This document shows, piece by piece, positions 40,993 to 54,420 of a stretch of 64,000 nucleotides of DNA. Position numbers and translations under genes: made by a program. The notes beneath the pieces are model-generated. The model did no database searches. It was not told the DNA's origin and saw nothing but the letters and a program-made list of their open reading frames with translations. Position 1 is the stretch's first letter; every line of letters starts with the position of its first letter. This stretch comes from Lingula anatina (lineage: Eukaryota > Animalia > Brachiopoda): assembly GCA_051362555.1 (NCBI GenBank), contig CM120647.1:13740651-13804650 (forward strand), written 5' to 3'.

Positions 40993-43207
40993 TTCTCGCC
41001 TCTTATGGTCTCGCTAAAAGTAAACCCCACCTGTTGTGAGCCGCCTCTGACCCCACTGTAGGCCTACTATTGAATATCATGGGTAAAGCCTAAATCAATC
41101 TTAGTATAAAACCAAGTCCTAGCTCCGAGTCGGGTTGTCAAACACGACTTCGTGTACACCATGAACTTAACCGTTCATGTCGGGGACTGTGGTTGCGTGG
41201 ACTGAAATGCGGCACCCGGATTATGGATTGGGACAGCAGGTCTACACATGTACTTCCAATCTGGCGCTCTCCGTGACAAGGTTGAAAGTTTCCATCTGAT
41301 CACTCGGTATCGACGGAGCTGTCGTGGCTGCGTGGTAATTCTGCTGTCTTGCAAACAGGCACACACCCGGACGCTGGTTCGAGTCACAGCAGCTGCCGTG
41401 ACATGTTTTTTGCCAGAGTTAATTTTTAGAAATTGCGATTGATTACTATAAGAGGAAACTAGCACGTAGGGAGGGTGGGTGGGTCAGTCACGGAGCAGTC
41501 GGTAGCGTGCATGGATGCAAATGAGACATCCAAAGCGTCTTCAACCTTGGTAACGCAAAGTCACGGGTTCGAGTCCCGGATGAGGCACGTCAGTCCATCA
41601 CTACAACGACCTGGCCCCTGTCAACAGACGAGAACAAACGAGGGCGCTCGTGGGACTTAGCAAATTACCTTTTGCATAATAATACGGTATACTTTAAAAA
41701 GTTTGCATCTGCGTCGGCAATTGTATTTTCTTTCTCTTCAGTGAAAAGCCCTTATATTGGTGCCACAGATCTGGAACTTAAATTGAGCTATAATCAACTC
41801 CGTATGGCTTGCATTTCATCAAAATGTGCTACATGTATCTTTTTCGTGGGATTATCAGAGAGAAAACTTTTGATTTTTTACAAAAGTCGCGTCACCTCTA
41901 CTCCTTTTATCAGGCACACGTTTTGTCTTTTTGTGCCCCTCCTTTCCTATATTGGGCCCTTGCTTCTCAAGACTGTTCATATGTTCATAAAGTACCCGGG
42001 GCAAGTCCGCAGTCGACACTGGAAAGTGTAAAGACTACTCAAAACTAAAACCGCCGAGGTGTGAACAGCTGTGGACGTCATCGCGCTCTACAACCTCAAA
42101 GGTGAAACCGAAAGTTATCTCAGTGCAAAACCAAAAGAAAATAAAAGCATCCGAATTCATCTGACAAGGAACGTACAGAGCATCACTATCAATGAATATG
42201 ACCCAACTTGTTTTGATTCTGTAGCTTTTCCAGCATAACAGCACGTCATACCACCTGTTAACCGTGTTCGGTAGAAAAACGATATCTCCTCGGCGGAATT
42301 ATTTGCCAAATGTGTTTTACTCAAAATTCCCTTGAATGCAATCGCACCAGTATTTGAACACTTGGATGTTTTTTGTTTTTTTTTTTTTTAAATTTATTCT
42401 CGCCTCTTATGGTCTCGCTAAAAGTAAACCCCACCGGTTGTGAACCGCCTCTGACCCCACTGTAGGCCTACTATTGAATATCATGGGTAAAGCCTAAATC
42501 AATCTTAGTATAAAACCAAGTCCTAGCTCCGAGTCGGGTTGTCAAACACGACTTCGTGTACACCATGAACTTAACCGTTCATGTCAAGGACTGGGGTTGC
42601 GTGGACTGAAATGCGGCACCCGGATTATGGATTGGGACAGCAGGTCTACACATGTACTTCCAATCTGGCGCTCTCCGTGACGAGGTTGAAAGTTTCCATC
42701 TGATCACTCGGTATCGACGGAGCTGTCGTGGCTGCGTGGTAACTCTGCTGTCTTGCAAACAGGCACACATCCGGACGCGGGATCGAGTCACAGCAGCTGC
42801 TGTGTCATTTTTTTTTGCCAGAGTTAATTTTTAGAAATTGCGATTGATTACTATAAGAGGAAAATCGCACGTACGGAGGGTGGGCGGGTCAGTCACGGAG
42901 CAGTCGGTAGTGCATGGATGCAAATGAGACATCCAAAGCGTCTTCAACCTTGGTAACGCAAAGTCACGGGTTCGAGTCCCGGATGAAGCACGTCAGTCCA
43001 TCACTACAACGACCTGGCCCCTGAATCGGGATGTCACGAGACGAGAACGAATGAGGGCGCTCGTGGGTCTTAGCAAATTACCTTTTGCATAATAATACGG
43101 TATACTTTTGAAAGTTTGCATCTGCGTCGGCAATTGTATTTTCTTTCTCTTCAGTTAAAAGCCCTTATATTGGTGCCACAGATCTGGAACTTAAACTGAG
43201 CTATAAC

Positions 43208-43227
43208 CAAGGAGTTATAACTCCTTG
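43208..43227. mobile_element. 20-bp perfect palindrome with 7-bp TSD (transposon footprint)
   Basis: CTATAAC-CAAGGAGTTATAACTCCTTG-CTATAAC; the other array units are empty at this site. Confidence 0.8.
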
Positions 43228-43268
43228 CTATAACCAACCCCGTATGGCTTGCATTGCATCAAAATGTG

Positions 43269-43521
43269 CAGGGCCGTAGCCTGAGCAAAATGCCAGGGGG
43301 GGCAGTAAGCGGACACGAGGGGGCGAAGCCCCCGGTGGGGGAGGGTGTGGGAGGTGGATGATTGTCTAGTGTCCATGAGTGCATTTTCTCACAGAATTGA
43401 TACCAACTTTGCAATTTCTTTCCACCTTTGCGATTATTTTTTTTTTGCACCTCAAATCCCAGGGGGGGGGGGGGGGGGGGCAGCTGCCCCCCCTGCCCCC
43501 CCCCCGGAGGCTACAGCCCTG
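43269..43521. mobile_element. MITE with CAGGG termini and 5-bp TSD
   Basis: TIR CAGGGC[C/T]GTAGCC and TSD ATGTG; absent from the other array units. Confidence 0.85.
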
Positions 43522-44292
43522 ATGTGATACATGTATCCTTTTGGTGGGATTATCAGAGAGAAAACTTTTGATTTTTTACAAAAGTCGCGTCACCTCTACT
43601 CCTTTTATCAGGCACACGTTTTGTCTTTTTATGCCCCTCCTTTCCTATATTGGGCCCTTGCTTCTCGTGTGCCAAGTTTGACAGCTACACTGTATGCCCG
43701 ATATGTGAAACTTTTTTTTTTTTCATTTATTTTTAAAACACAGCTAGATGGCTGATTTTAACCTAAGTTATAATAGAAACAATTAATGATTGGATAATTT
43801 TGAAAACCAAAGCATGCTAGATGCATTTGGATTCTTGTAATAACCAGATGTTTGTTGCAATAGCATGTCAAATACCAAGAAATGGCCCATATATATATGT
43901 AACCAAATCAACAGTAAATGCAGTGTTAGTAAATTAAGAATAAAGAAACCTGCACATTACTGGATTTTGTACAGAATAATGTATGTTAGAAAAAACTACA
44001 CAGCAAAAAAGGCTAATATACAGACACTAAACAGGGGGAAATGTCACTTACATGCAAAGAAAAATGTAAGAACATGTTGAACATACTTTTTTTATAAAAC
44101 GAAGTTGCTCATAGAATCTGAAGTAACACTGAGTAATACAGTTTGGCACTTACGGAGTGAGCATTGCCAAAATACACATATAAGTAAATCTGTAACTATT
44201 TTAAAATATATTTTAAAATATTTCAATCAAGCTGACTTTTAAAGGGGACCTGTTGTTTAACCCAACAAAGTCACTAATCAAAAATGAACCAG

Positions 44293-45383
44293 TTAGCATT
44301 GAAGCACACATGTTGATGGCACCATGCTGTTTCTGTCCCCTGCATACAGAAATTTGATAGACTCATTTATATCAGCTTCTGTTACCACATGACACAGCCT
44401 TTTCTTCCTTACAGTAGCTGGAAGAAAAGAAAACAAGGAATGATTAGCAACGATTTAACCATCATCATATTAGATTCAATAACGATATACAATTTAATGA
44501 ATTTAAAGAAAAGAAGCAAAGTGCAGATTTAGATAATATTTTCTAGTACATTTTATTTGAACACTTATAAATATCTACTTAATTGCAATGAGATGTTTGG
44601 TTTGTTTCAGCTCTGAAAACGTCACTTTTCCCCCTTTCCCCAACCAGTTAACTTGCAGAGCCACAGAGGAGCTGAATAAGTGGCTTTGCAACTTTCTTAC
44701 AGTGAACTTATAATCTGATCCTGCTATGCTCTTTCATAAGTCCACCTGCAAGATGGAAAAATGTTTTACAATGAAATTCATCATTGTCACAGATAACTAT
44801 TGTGAATCCATTACAAAAAGGATTGATGTACACTTTCTTATATATATATTTGTAATATAATGCTTTATGCATTTCGACAAAACTGTCCACACCAATTTAG
44901 TAAATAAAATCTCTGTAAATTTTCATTTGGTATTAATTAAGATAACTTTATATCATCTGGTTTATTGCTTAAATGTACAAATATTTTGCATCATTCAAAG
45001 CACAGTGATTAAAAGTGAACTTACATGAATAATTCTACATTGAATTTCAAATGAAAAATCATGTATATTATAAATATTTACCATCTTTCTTAACCTTTCT
45101 TGATGTGTTCCTCAATAGATGTCAGCTGTTCCAGGGTGGAAATTGATAAAAAGGAAGGGACTTCATCATCATTATCGTTCTGTTGTTCTTGATACTGAGT
45201 TGTTTCTTGGAGCCTTTTAAGCACTTTTTGCAATAGTTAACTAGTATTTCAATAGCAGGACAAAAGTCCCAATTAAATTTTTTAATTAATTTAGGCAAAA
45301 GTTTAAACATTCTGTCACAGTGCTCAATCAATCCAGATACTTTCTACCTCTCATTAAAAAAATAAATAATAATAATAACAAAA

Positions 45384-45441
<58 letters not shown>

Positions 45442-45703
45442 TAATAATGAGTAAAAAAAAATCTACCACTCATGCTTACTTCAGTGTATTTCAAAAGAAG
45501 TGTATTTCAAAAAAGATGTTATGACAATTAGTGCAATTTCATGTAATTACATGGTAGAGTAGTTTACAGTTAAATAATGAAAGGGTATCAGAGATTGATA
45601 GCATGCTTACCATGTTCATACAGCACTCTCACTGCATACCTTGTCCATGTCGACTTGTCTGGCTGTACGTGTGATTTGATGGCAGAGAGGGCTCTTTTCC
45701 TTT
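44293..45703 (-). pseudogene. Decayed DUF4806-like gene (probably transposon accessory)
   Basis: Exon-like pieces 45703-45611, ~45237-45095, 44745-~44585 and 44417-44293. Translations include EVPSFLSISTLEQLTSIEEHI, VDL*KSIAGSDYKFTVRKLQSHLFSSSVALQVNWLGKGGKVTFSEL and ATVRKK...TEADINESIKFLYAGDR. There is an in-frame stop. Confidence 0.55.
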
Positions 45704-46036
45704 CTAAATGGAGGCCATAAAGCAGTCATCCATTATCCACTTTTCAGATATTATTCCTCCATCAATAAACTGCACCAGAATGAAGGCCATTTTTCTACAA
45801 ATTATGAAATGTACATAATAACTTCTTTGAGTGCACCCCCCCCCCCAAAGAAAAAAAAAGATGAAAAAAGTATTATGTTGACTGCAGTTAAGTAAATCAT
45901 ATAATAATTTGTTTTCCGCTACTAATATTTCCTCCCATGCCCTACCCCTCCCCACCCCCACAAAAAAAAAAAAAAAAAAAAAAAAATCAAGATTCTTATA
46001 CTTGTCTATATACATGTAGCTCACACGTGCGCACGT

Positions 46037-46067
<31 letters not shown>

Positions 46068-47578
46068 ATTTCACGACAGAATATGTTTTGCAGGGATTAA
46101 AGGCATGTTATCCTTTTTTTCCCTTTTTAAACCCATGCTGTATTTTATGCTTGCAGTTCAATATGCATAAGAACTCAATTTGGACATTTTACGAATTGGG
46201 GAATGTGCTTCATGACAATAAATCCAGAATATAGGCTTGTCTTTATTTTCAGTCCATCATTTCTAAACTGTTACAGTGAATGAAATAAAATCTCTTACTG
46301 TGTTAGAATCGACCTCAATTGTGCTATATGCACTAGATAAGAAAATCGTTCATTCTTGATTTACAAATTGTAAATTGTGCTTCTAGAGATATTCAGACAA
46401 ACCTAAAATCATGTAAAAAAAATGAAAGTAAATGTAGTTGAAAGCAAAACTTCTTAACATTAGAGAGTTGTCTTCCACAATCTTTAATATCACATCACTC
46501 AAAGTGCTAACTCTTGCACTTTTTTCAAGAAAAGAAAAATAATCACTTCAATGAAATCATATTCACAACTTACAAGAGCACAACCACTCAAAAAAGTACA
46601 CATATTTAAAAATAGTTCTACAAAGCCTAGATTCCAAAGCCAAAATTTTATTTCATTACAGTCTTTACCCATTGCACCATATCAGAAACCAGCAGACTTC
46701 ACAATACCTGAACATAATAAAAAAATAACAGCACTACAAAGTGATTCAAAATAATAAAACTACTTGCATTAGAATTCTGCATCTTAATTAATTCTAGATT
46801 AAACCGACCTTAATTGAAAAGGATAAAAAGTTGCATAAGAGAACAAAAAGTCCAAGTACATTATTTAAAACAACAAAACAGAATGTGCATTCCTATCTTT
46901 CAACGTTACATGGCTAAATTAACTACTTCAAAGAAAACTGAATTATTTGTGTTAATATGAAATCAAACACTACAGCACCCTCCTTCTCCATCTTACTGAA
47001 AAATTGAAAAATTCCAGATATTTTCATAGCAGGTGTCTAATCTCTCTCAATCTATATTGGACAATAAACATTTCACAGTCATAAAAGGCAAGTCAAGACT
47101 AAAATCTTGGGAATCATAATTAGCTATAGACTATCCCTATTTTAGGCTCTTGTAAATTTTGAAAATGGAGCATACTGCACCGGAAGATCTTACCATAAAA
47201 TGTATCAATGTACTTTTAAAAAAAATTCAAATAAAAGATTTATAAGGAAAACCGAAAACAATTCATATTAATAATATTATTTCTTTTTCAGCATTTTCTT
47301 TACAACTCCGTTTGCTGGAAGAAAGAAAGAGAGAAAGACCTCTTCTCAAATGTATTCTACTGAAGGCGTCAGACATGAGTCACAGGAAACCTGTATAAAA
47401 AGGTAAAATAATCTCTTTCTTAACAAAGGAAAAAAGTCTTGGCAATAATATCTATATGAACTCTTGGATAGTCAACAGATTGTATTAAAGCTGCATTGCC
47501 CAACTTCTCTGTTGTCCAATCAGCGAATCAGTTACAAGCAAATAAGCTGTATCATCCAATGTAATGTGTGCTTGCATA

Positions 47579-48171
47579 TCATTCTAATGGTCTATTGGAG
47601 GATTGTGTGAAACTCTTCACTCTGGAGTAATAAAAATTGGGGTACTGGTTTTCATTGTTCACATCAAATTCATGGTGAACAGATCTGAAAATAAGGAAAA
47701 ATAAATTCCTAAGAGGACAATTCCTTTTAAGTAAAATTGAGTTTTCAATCATGACAGGCTTTGAAAAAATAATAGTAATGAATAAAAAAAGCTAAAATGT
47801 TTGTTATTCTTAAATATAATAGTAGTTTTACTTGTTTGTCATTGTTACTATGTACCCTTGAATATACATGTATTTGCCAGATTTGGTTCCAACTTAAAAT
47901 ATCAATATCTTTCTCCTTTTACCTGCATCTGTCTTCTCATTAACAAATAAATTAAAAAATAAACAAAAATTATCAAATTATACATACAAAGCACTCTTAG
48001 TAATCTGTTAATCACAAGCACATAGTGTGTGCTGTACCAGAGAGATTATGTGGTTTTCAATGTGAATACTTTTGTCTCCTACCTGTCTTCAGAATGAACA
48101 GAATAGTGCTCCCACACCAGCTGTGTGTTACGATGCCTTCCACCACGATCCCTCAGAATGAAATCCTGAAA

Positions 48172-48225
<54 letters not shown>

Positions 48226-49581
48226 GAGATGTTGTATTCTCTTTTAGTTCCTATTTAATTCATACACTGAAGAGGATGTGATGATTAAATAATACCTATT
48301 TTCCAGCACTTTGTAAGATGCCAGAGAAGGCAAAAAATATCAATTCACAACTTTCCCATTTGTACATTGCCAGTTAAATAAATTAATATGTTTTCTGGGA
48401 CATAATTTAGATCTGTACAGCAGTGGGCCTGATCTGGCCTCTTCTGAGCCTCTGGCTGACATTTACTTTCTAAAAAAACCAGTAATTTGAATGAGCCAGT
48501 TATTTCATAGCTATACTCATTACTTTGTAAAATGGTAATGGTAAGGGAGAAAGAAAAAGATAAATTGAAATAGAGAGAGAGAGAGAGAACGTACCACATG
48601 AAATACACGTTCCTCATGCTCTTGCTGTGCTTCTTGTTTTCTGCGTCTATACTTGCTGACAATTGTATCGGCATTGTTGCTTCTCCTCAGTACCCCAGTA
48701 ACCTAAACAAGATACCACAACCCACAACCATGAGCCAGGAATTTCAATCTAGATAGCAACTAGTACAGATAGTACAGACCATTTCATCAGTAATAAGTAT
48801 AATTTTAATAGTATCTTTAAGGACAACAAAATTGCTTGGTTCTATCTAAGGGTATAAGATTAAAGTGCCATTCAGAATAGGGGACTAACTAGTCCGAGGG
48901 TCAAATATGGCGACCCACTATAAGGCTGCGTTCACATGAAAAATCTATTTTCTAAAAATCTATTTGCAGTATCTTGTGATCATGGTCTGTGCCCTGAATA
49001 CCCCACGGCGTAATTACTGGCAGCGCAGAGAATTAATTACAGCTTTGGAAGTAACTGGCTCGCGCTGCCCGTAATTACGCCGCGGGTATTCAGGGCACAG
49101 ACCGTGATCACAAGATACCGCAAATAAATTTTTAGATTTTTAGAAACGCGGCCTAAAGCTTGCCATATAATCCACTAGTAGACACTGAATAGATATCCTG
49201 TGGGGAAGTATTCAAGTGGGTCGGCCACATTTGACCCTCGAACTAGTTAGTCCCCTATTCTGAATGGGGCCTAAAACTGATTGAGAAAACATATTTAAAA
49301 TCTCACCTTGTTCCCAACTAGTCTGTAGTAGCCGTACATGATGCCAGAGGTCCTGTAGTGCTTGGAGACCAGTTTGGGGAGCACTGTGTGGGGGTCATCA
49401 GCTGTGGTTAGGAGCAGCATGTTGCCTGAAAGGTCATTAGGTCAGGGGTCATGAAGACCAAGGTGAAGGTCACTTGTTAAATGCATTCATATGCATTTCA
49501 ATGCTGGAGTATATATGCAGATAGTTTTTACTTGTAGCATGTTTAAGAAGTGTTTGTATGTATTTATATTATTGTATGCAT

Positions 49582-49679
<98 letters not shown>

Positions 49680-50330
49680 ACAACTAACACATCAGAAAAG
49701 GGTCGTGTTCTGACCAAACAAATAAGCCTAACAGTAACACATATCATCATATTTCCATACTATTCAGTCATAACAGTGTGATCTTTTGATGATGTTTTTT
49801 TTAATCTATACAGGTCTGAATGAAGAGAGAGAGAGAGAGAGAGATCACCCTGAATCTCACCATCAGCAAAGAATCTTGCATATCTGTAGTACTCCACAGA
49901 GTGCCAGGGTCTGTAGAAGCTGTCTAAACTGGGTTCCCCAGGGCGATAGTATACAGTCTTACTGATATAACATCCTAAGATAAAGTATTAGGGTTTACAA
50001 TATGTATTTCAAATAAATGTGAACAAAAACCATTAATTGAAAAGTCCCTTTTAACAAAAAATTGAAATTTCAAAGTGTCATAATTTTGTACATTAAATCA
50101 GAATGGCAAAACATAATGCGGGGCAAGTGCTATCATTCTGTAATACACCAACATGACTACAGAATTCAGGACCAAAATTGTTTGAACTTTTAACTTGTCT
50201 GAACATGACACAATATTACCGTGAACATGGACGTGAGGCTTGTTGAGGTACAGCAGTCTCCAGGAACCTTCACTTTCAGTGTGCTCACAGTTCAAACCCC
50301 AGGTTCTGCCAAATAAATAATTGAATAAAA

Positions 50331-50369
<39 letters not shown>

Positions 50370-53300
50370 AACTGCTAGGTACTAGTAATGTCACTCTTCA
50401 TTCAATTATTCAATTATCTCGTAAAATGTCTAGTCTTTTATCATCTATTTATTCTTTTTTTCTGTAAGTAATACACTAGTCAAGCTTAAAATAACATGAC
50501 ATGTGGTGGAGATCACTGATATTCATACCCTTATAAAAAGTTAAAAAGATTGGTCTCTTATATATTACCTGAGACTGGCTAGCCTCCAGAGTTCATCATC
50601 TCTGGCACACAGGTAAAACCCTCGACACACCTGTAATGTACACAATAATCCCACATTATATTCCCATCAGTATAGTATACACAATCAATATAGTATACAC
50701 ATACACAGTATAGTAATTTGTAATTACGTAGTCATAGCCTTTAAAATATGTTTTTCAGCGTCTTTTGTATGAGAGCTGCTGGTAAAAGGCAAGTTGTACA
50801 CCCCTTAATGAAGAGTTGAGCCATCATGCCCCTTAGGTGAAAATAAATAAATAAATAAATAAATAACTATATGAATAAATAAATATCAGAACTTCAGAAA
50901 AAGTGTCCTTACCATAGAGAGTTGTTCCAAGGATCTCATATCTAATTGATCTGATACGACCCATTTAAATATGTACATTAATACTTCCACTGGTAAAACA
51001 GAGATGTGGGTTTTCTGGAAAAAAAATGAACTTATATGCAGATTTTATAATTTCATGTGAGTGGTGAATTTCTTTATACAAGGTAAATAGCTTTAGAATT
51101 AAAAGAACAAATATTCAACATTATACACATACATAATTACCAATCAAAGAATTTGGTATAATTTAATCTTAATCTAAATTCTATTGCCAAATATTATAAC
51201 ATGTTGACTATTGATTTAATGCCACATTCAAAAGCAAAAGCTTAGAAAGTCCAACTCAAATGACTTCTGTTATTAATGAAAATTGTCACACACATACTTG
51301 CTGCTCGTACTCTGCCTCGCACACGTGCTTCACATCACGACGCACACGCAGTTTCTGAAAATGCTGCACAAGATCGTCCAAGTCTGCCTCCTCCTCATCT
51401 TCAGTCTGGCCACTTACAGGAGAATGAAAAACAAACAAACAAATAATAATAATAAATAAATAAACAGTGACATAATATTTAATATTCCAAAGTAAATCAT
51501 GTACATATTTGGTAGTTAATCAAGTTAAATAAAGTTAAGGTTGGGGTCTATTAGTCTGGGTGAAATGTATCACCCTTTGGATACACGTAATTAGTCAACC
51601 TACCTTGCACTTCCAATGGAACTACTGCTTTCTAATCTCTCTGAGGGGAAAAAAGCAAAATATTATTAAGTAATAATCTTTATCTTATAAAAATTAATAT
51701 TGCAAAACGAATATTAAATTATTGTTGCAAACATGCATATATTGTTGGTGTTTTCCGATGCTTTCACTTTCACCACTGGCACTGTTTCCTGAGGGCTCTT
51801 TCCCAATGTAACTTATGTTTTAGGTACCAGTTCTTCTGCATTGTAGTCAACACCAGGAAGAGGGGTGTTGATCTGTTCATCTTGGCCCCGTAACTCAAAA
51901 GCGCGTTGTGACCGAGCGTTAGCGTCACGATTCCCTAACTTGCCCATACTTGCCCCATAAGGGGGTTATGGAATTGAGACTCTTGCGCTCGGTCGCAATG
52001 CGCGATGCTTTCAAGTTACGTAGCCCTGCATTTAGCGATCATATTCATTACGTTCACTTGAGGTTAGAATACATCACAGTGTTCAGGAACGACTTTATCA
52101 GCAAAATCTGGGCGACACTTTCATTTTATCAGACAACTGCTTTTTCATAAAATAAAAGGACACAACTTTGATCTTAAAGTATGCACCTATTTTCAGTTTT
52201 TTTGGGTAAAATACTTATGTGAAACATTCCCCTGCTGGGCTAGTACTTACCTCTTTTCCGGACTTTGTTTTTTCTCAGCTCCTCTATCCTGAACTCTATG
52301 TCTGGTACCAACTGGATGGCCTGGCGGTAATACCTGACAGCTAAATAGAAATTATAAATAGATCAGACTATAGAATAAGAGAGGTGATACCATCCCCTGG
52401 GTTTGTACCACCAGCTGGATGGCCTGGCGGTAATACCTGACAGCTAAATAAAAATTATAAATAGATAAGACTATAGAATCCGAGAGGTGTTACCTCTCCC
52501 TTAGTATGTACCACCAGCTGGACGGCCTGTTGGTAATACCTGACAGCTAAATAGAAATTATAAACAGCTCATCATGCTATAGGATCAGAGGGGTGACATG
52601 AATATGCATATTTCCAAGTAAAGAAAGTCTTCACTCCTCCTGTGCTATGTAACAAGTTTTGCATCTAATTATATTCTTCTGGTCAAAGCACTGGTTGAGA
52701 AGAACCCCCCCAACACAAACACCTCTTATAGAATCTACCTACAGTCCAAACAGCATTGTTAGAGAACATTCAGAATGAGAAGAGCTAAGTGCTAGCTGGC
52801 CCACAACCAGTAAAATTGAGCCGAGATTTAATTAGTGCCCCTGCAGGGATGATGCGTGGGGGCGTGCAAGAGGCGGAGAGAGACCATTACACGATTAAGA
52901 GGTCTTCCTTTCATGTAGGTCTGCCATATTCAGGCTGTAGACCAGCTAGCACTCAGCTCTTCCCATTCTGAATGGCCTCTTACTATGGATGTCTGGGACA
53001 ATTACCTTCAAACAACATTCCTGACTTTTCAGCATTCACTCCCACCAAAAACAGACGTCTAGCCTAAACGAAAAATAATATTATTCTGATAACATAAAGT
53101 GTATAAATTCAACATAGTAAAGTTTAGACAATTGCTTAACATATTCTTACTGACCGGCTAAAGAAATTGAAAATGTTTCATTATTTTTTCCAACATTTAC
53201 CTTGACTAATTTCAAATTTCCAATATGTCTAAAATAACATAGCCACTATAACAAATTTAAAATGTTTGCCCGAAAGAAACTTTCCCGTACTGTAACTGAC

Positions 53301-54240
53301 TCGATCACTGGACTTAAAACTTTATTTCATATCTTATATATTCTGATACTTGGAATATTAATATGGATAAACATTTTGCTTTTAATATCAAAATCTCAGA
53401 GACCAGCTATACGTAAGCCCTACCTTCTCAAAATCATTTACATTCACATCCTCTGTTGACTTTTTTCCTGGGCCATTATCTTGACCTTGACCTGACCTGA
53501 CACCCTTCTGACCCTGACCTTTTTTCAACTCTTGCTGCCACTGTGATCTGAATTTGTGCAGCTGATCTTGAATATTAGACGATTCCTCCGACTCCTCTTG
53601 TTCCTCATCCTCTGAAGAAGAATCAGACCCAGCTGTTCGTATGGCATTTTCATCCTGCAAGAAAAGGGGGAATACTGGTACACACTGGTGTTTTAAATAT
53701 GGGATGTCTCATAGGAAGTGAGTTAAAGTTTATTTTGAAAGCAGCACCTGTATCCTCTTGATTCCCTTAGTTTTAGTACTAGCTGATGTCTAAATGGAGT
53801 CCATAATCAAATTTAGTTAAAATAGCTAGATAATTTATTAACACATTTATATTATACATGGAAAATCACCACTAGAACTACAAGTTTTGAATTACTATTG
53901 TTATCGTCAGAAGTGTGTATAAATCAAATTGATTCCGGTTGGTAATATAATTTCTGGAACTTACAGTAACTTCAGCAACGACTGTAATGTAATGTAATGT
54001 AATGTAATGCAGGTTCTGGAATTTGATTTATACAAATTTTTGATTCTTATTCTATTGCATGGATAAAAACATCCACCCTTTTACTACCACTATTACTTAG
54101 CATGGCCTAGCAAATCTTATTACCAGTTTACTTGGCAAGAACAGGGTCAGGGGAGCATATTCCCTCAAATTGAGTCGGAAAGGTTAAAATGCTACTTGAC
54201 AGTCCTGCACTTATTTGTAATATTATGCTTCACTTACCAT
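47579..54240 (-). CDS. FBXO9: F-box only protein 9 (14 coding exons, 437 aa)
   Basis: Exons: 54240-54238 (ATG), 53654-53424, 53063-53006, 52340-52251, 51640-51604, 51412-51298, 51014-50913, 50630-50569, 50305-50220, 49974-49861, 49425-49307, 48702-48595, 48165-48083, 47684-47579. All introns are GT-AG and phase-compatible (1314 nt total). Motifs: [23 protein letters not shown] (TPR), F-box [64 protein letters not shown]. Confidence 0.95.
48866..49271. mobile_element. Tourist-like MITE with a nested fold-back MITE (48925-49152) in FBXO9 intron
   Basis: Outer TIR CCATTCAGAATAGGGGACTAACTAGT; the same family occurs in the peptide-gene introns at ~4350-4970, 14730-15090 and 34310-34700. The inner element is a long near-perfect inverted repeat. 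Confidence 0.75.
49586..49677. repeat. (GA)n microsatellite
   Basis: Directly visible. Other (GA)n tracts at 4972, 14702 and 34705 lie at the same intron position in the three peptide paralogs. Confidence 0.95.
52303..52600 (-). repeat. 3 x ~103-bp tandem repeat spanning the FBXO9 exon 4 acceptor
   Basis: ATTTAG|CTGTCAGGTATTACC repeated with AG at 52341-2, 52444-5 and 52547-8. Confidence 0.9.
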
Positions 54241-54299
54241 TGCATAAAATGTTCAGTTGTCCTATTCTTTCAGGCGGTTAGTTCACGGCAAGTGAAGCA

Positions 54300-54420
54300 A
54301 ATAACGGAACTAAAAAACAATCTGGCCTTCCTGAAAGCCGCCATTTTGGAATAGAGGGAAGAATGGAGAACACGAAGGAAATGACGTGAAATGATATCGA
54401 TTGCGAGGCTAAGGCGAAGA
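54300..54420. promoter_or_regulatory. Probable bidirectional promoter FBXO9/PI4KB
   Basis: YY1-type GCCGCCATTTTG at 54337-54348 and CRE-like TGACGTGA at 54382-54389, just upstream of the FBXO9 ATG. A strong + strand donor GG|GTAAGT at 54740 could end a PI4KB 5'UTR exon. Confidence 0.5.

Larger units (their letters stand above)
37894..43666. repeat. Tandem array of ~1.41-kb units (about 4 copies)
   Basis: The unit start CCAAAAGAAAATAAAAGCATCCG recurs at ~37894, 39304, 40717 and 42131. It begins right after a (TA)n tract. Units 2 and 3 are almost identical. Confidence 0.95.

Noticed and set aside
38409-42834. Recurrent 60-126-aa ORFs in the tandem array
   Set aside because: Recurrence is due to DNA repetition; frames break between units and no motifs are recognisable.
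47922-47934. Possible FBXO9 micro-exon before the last exon
   Set aside because: Flanking exons already join in frame; the 13-nt version causes an early stop and the acceptor is weak.
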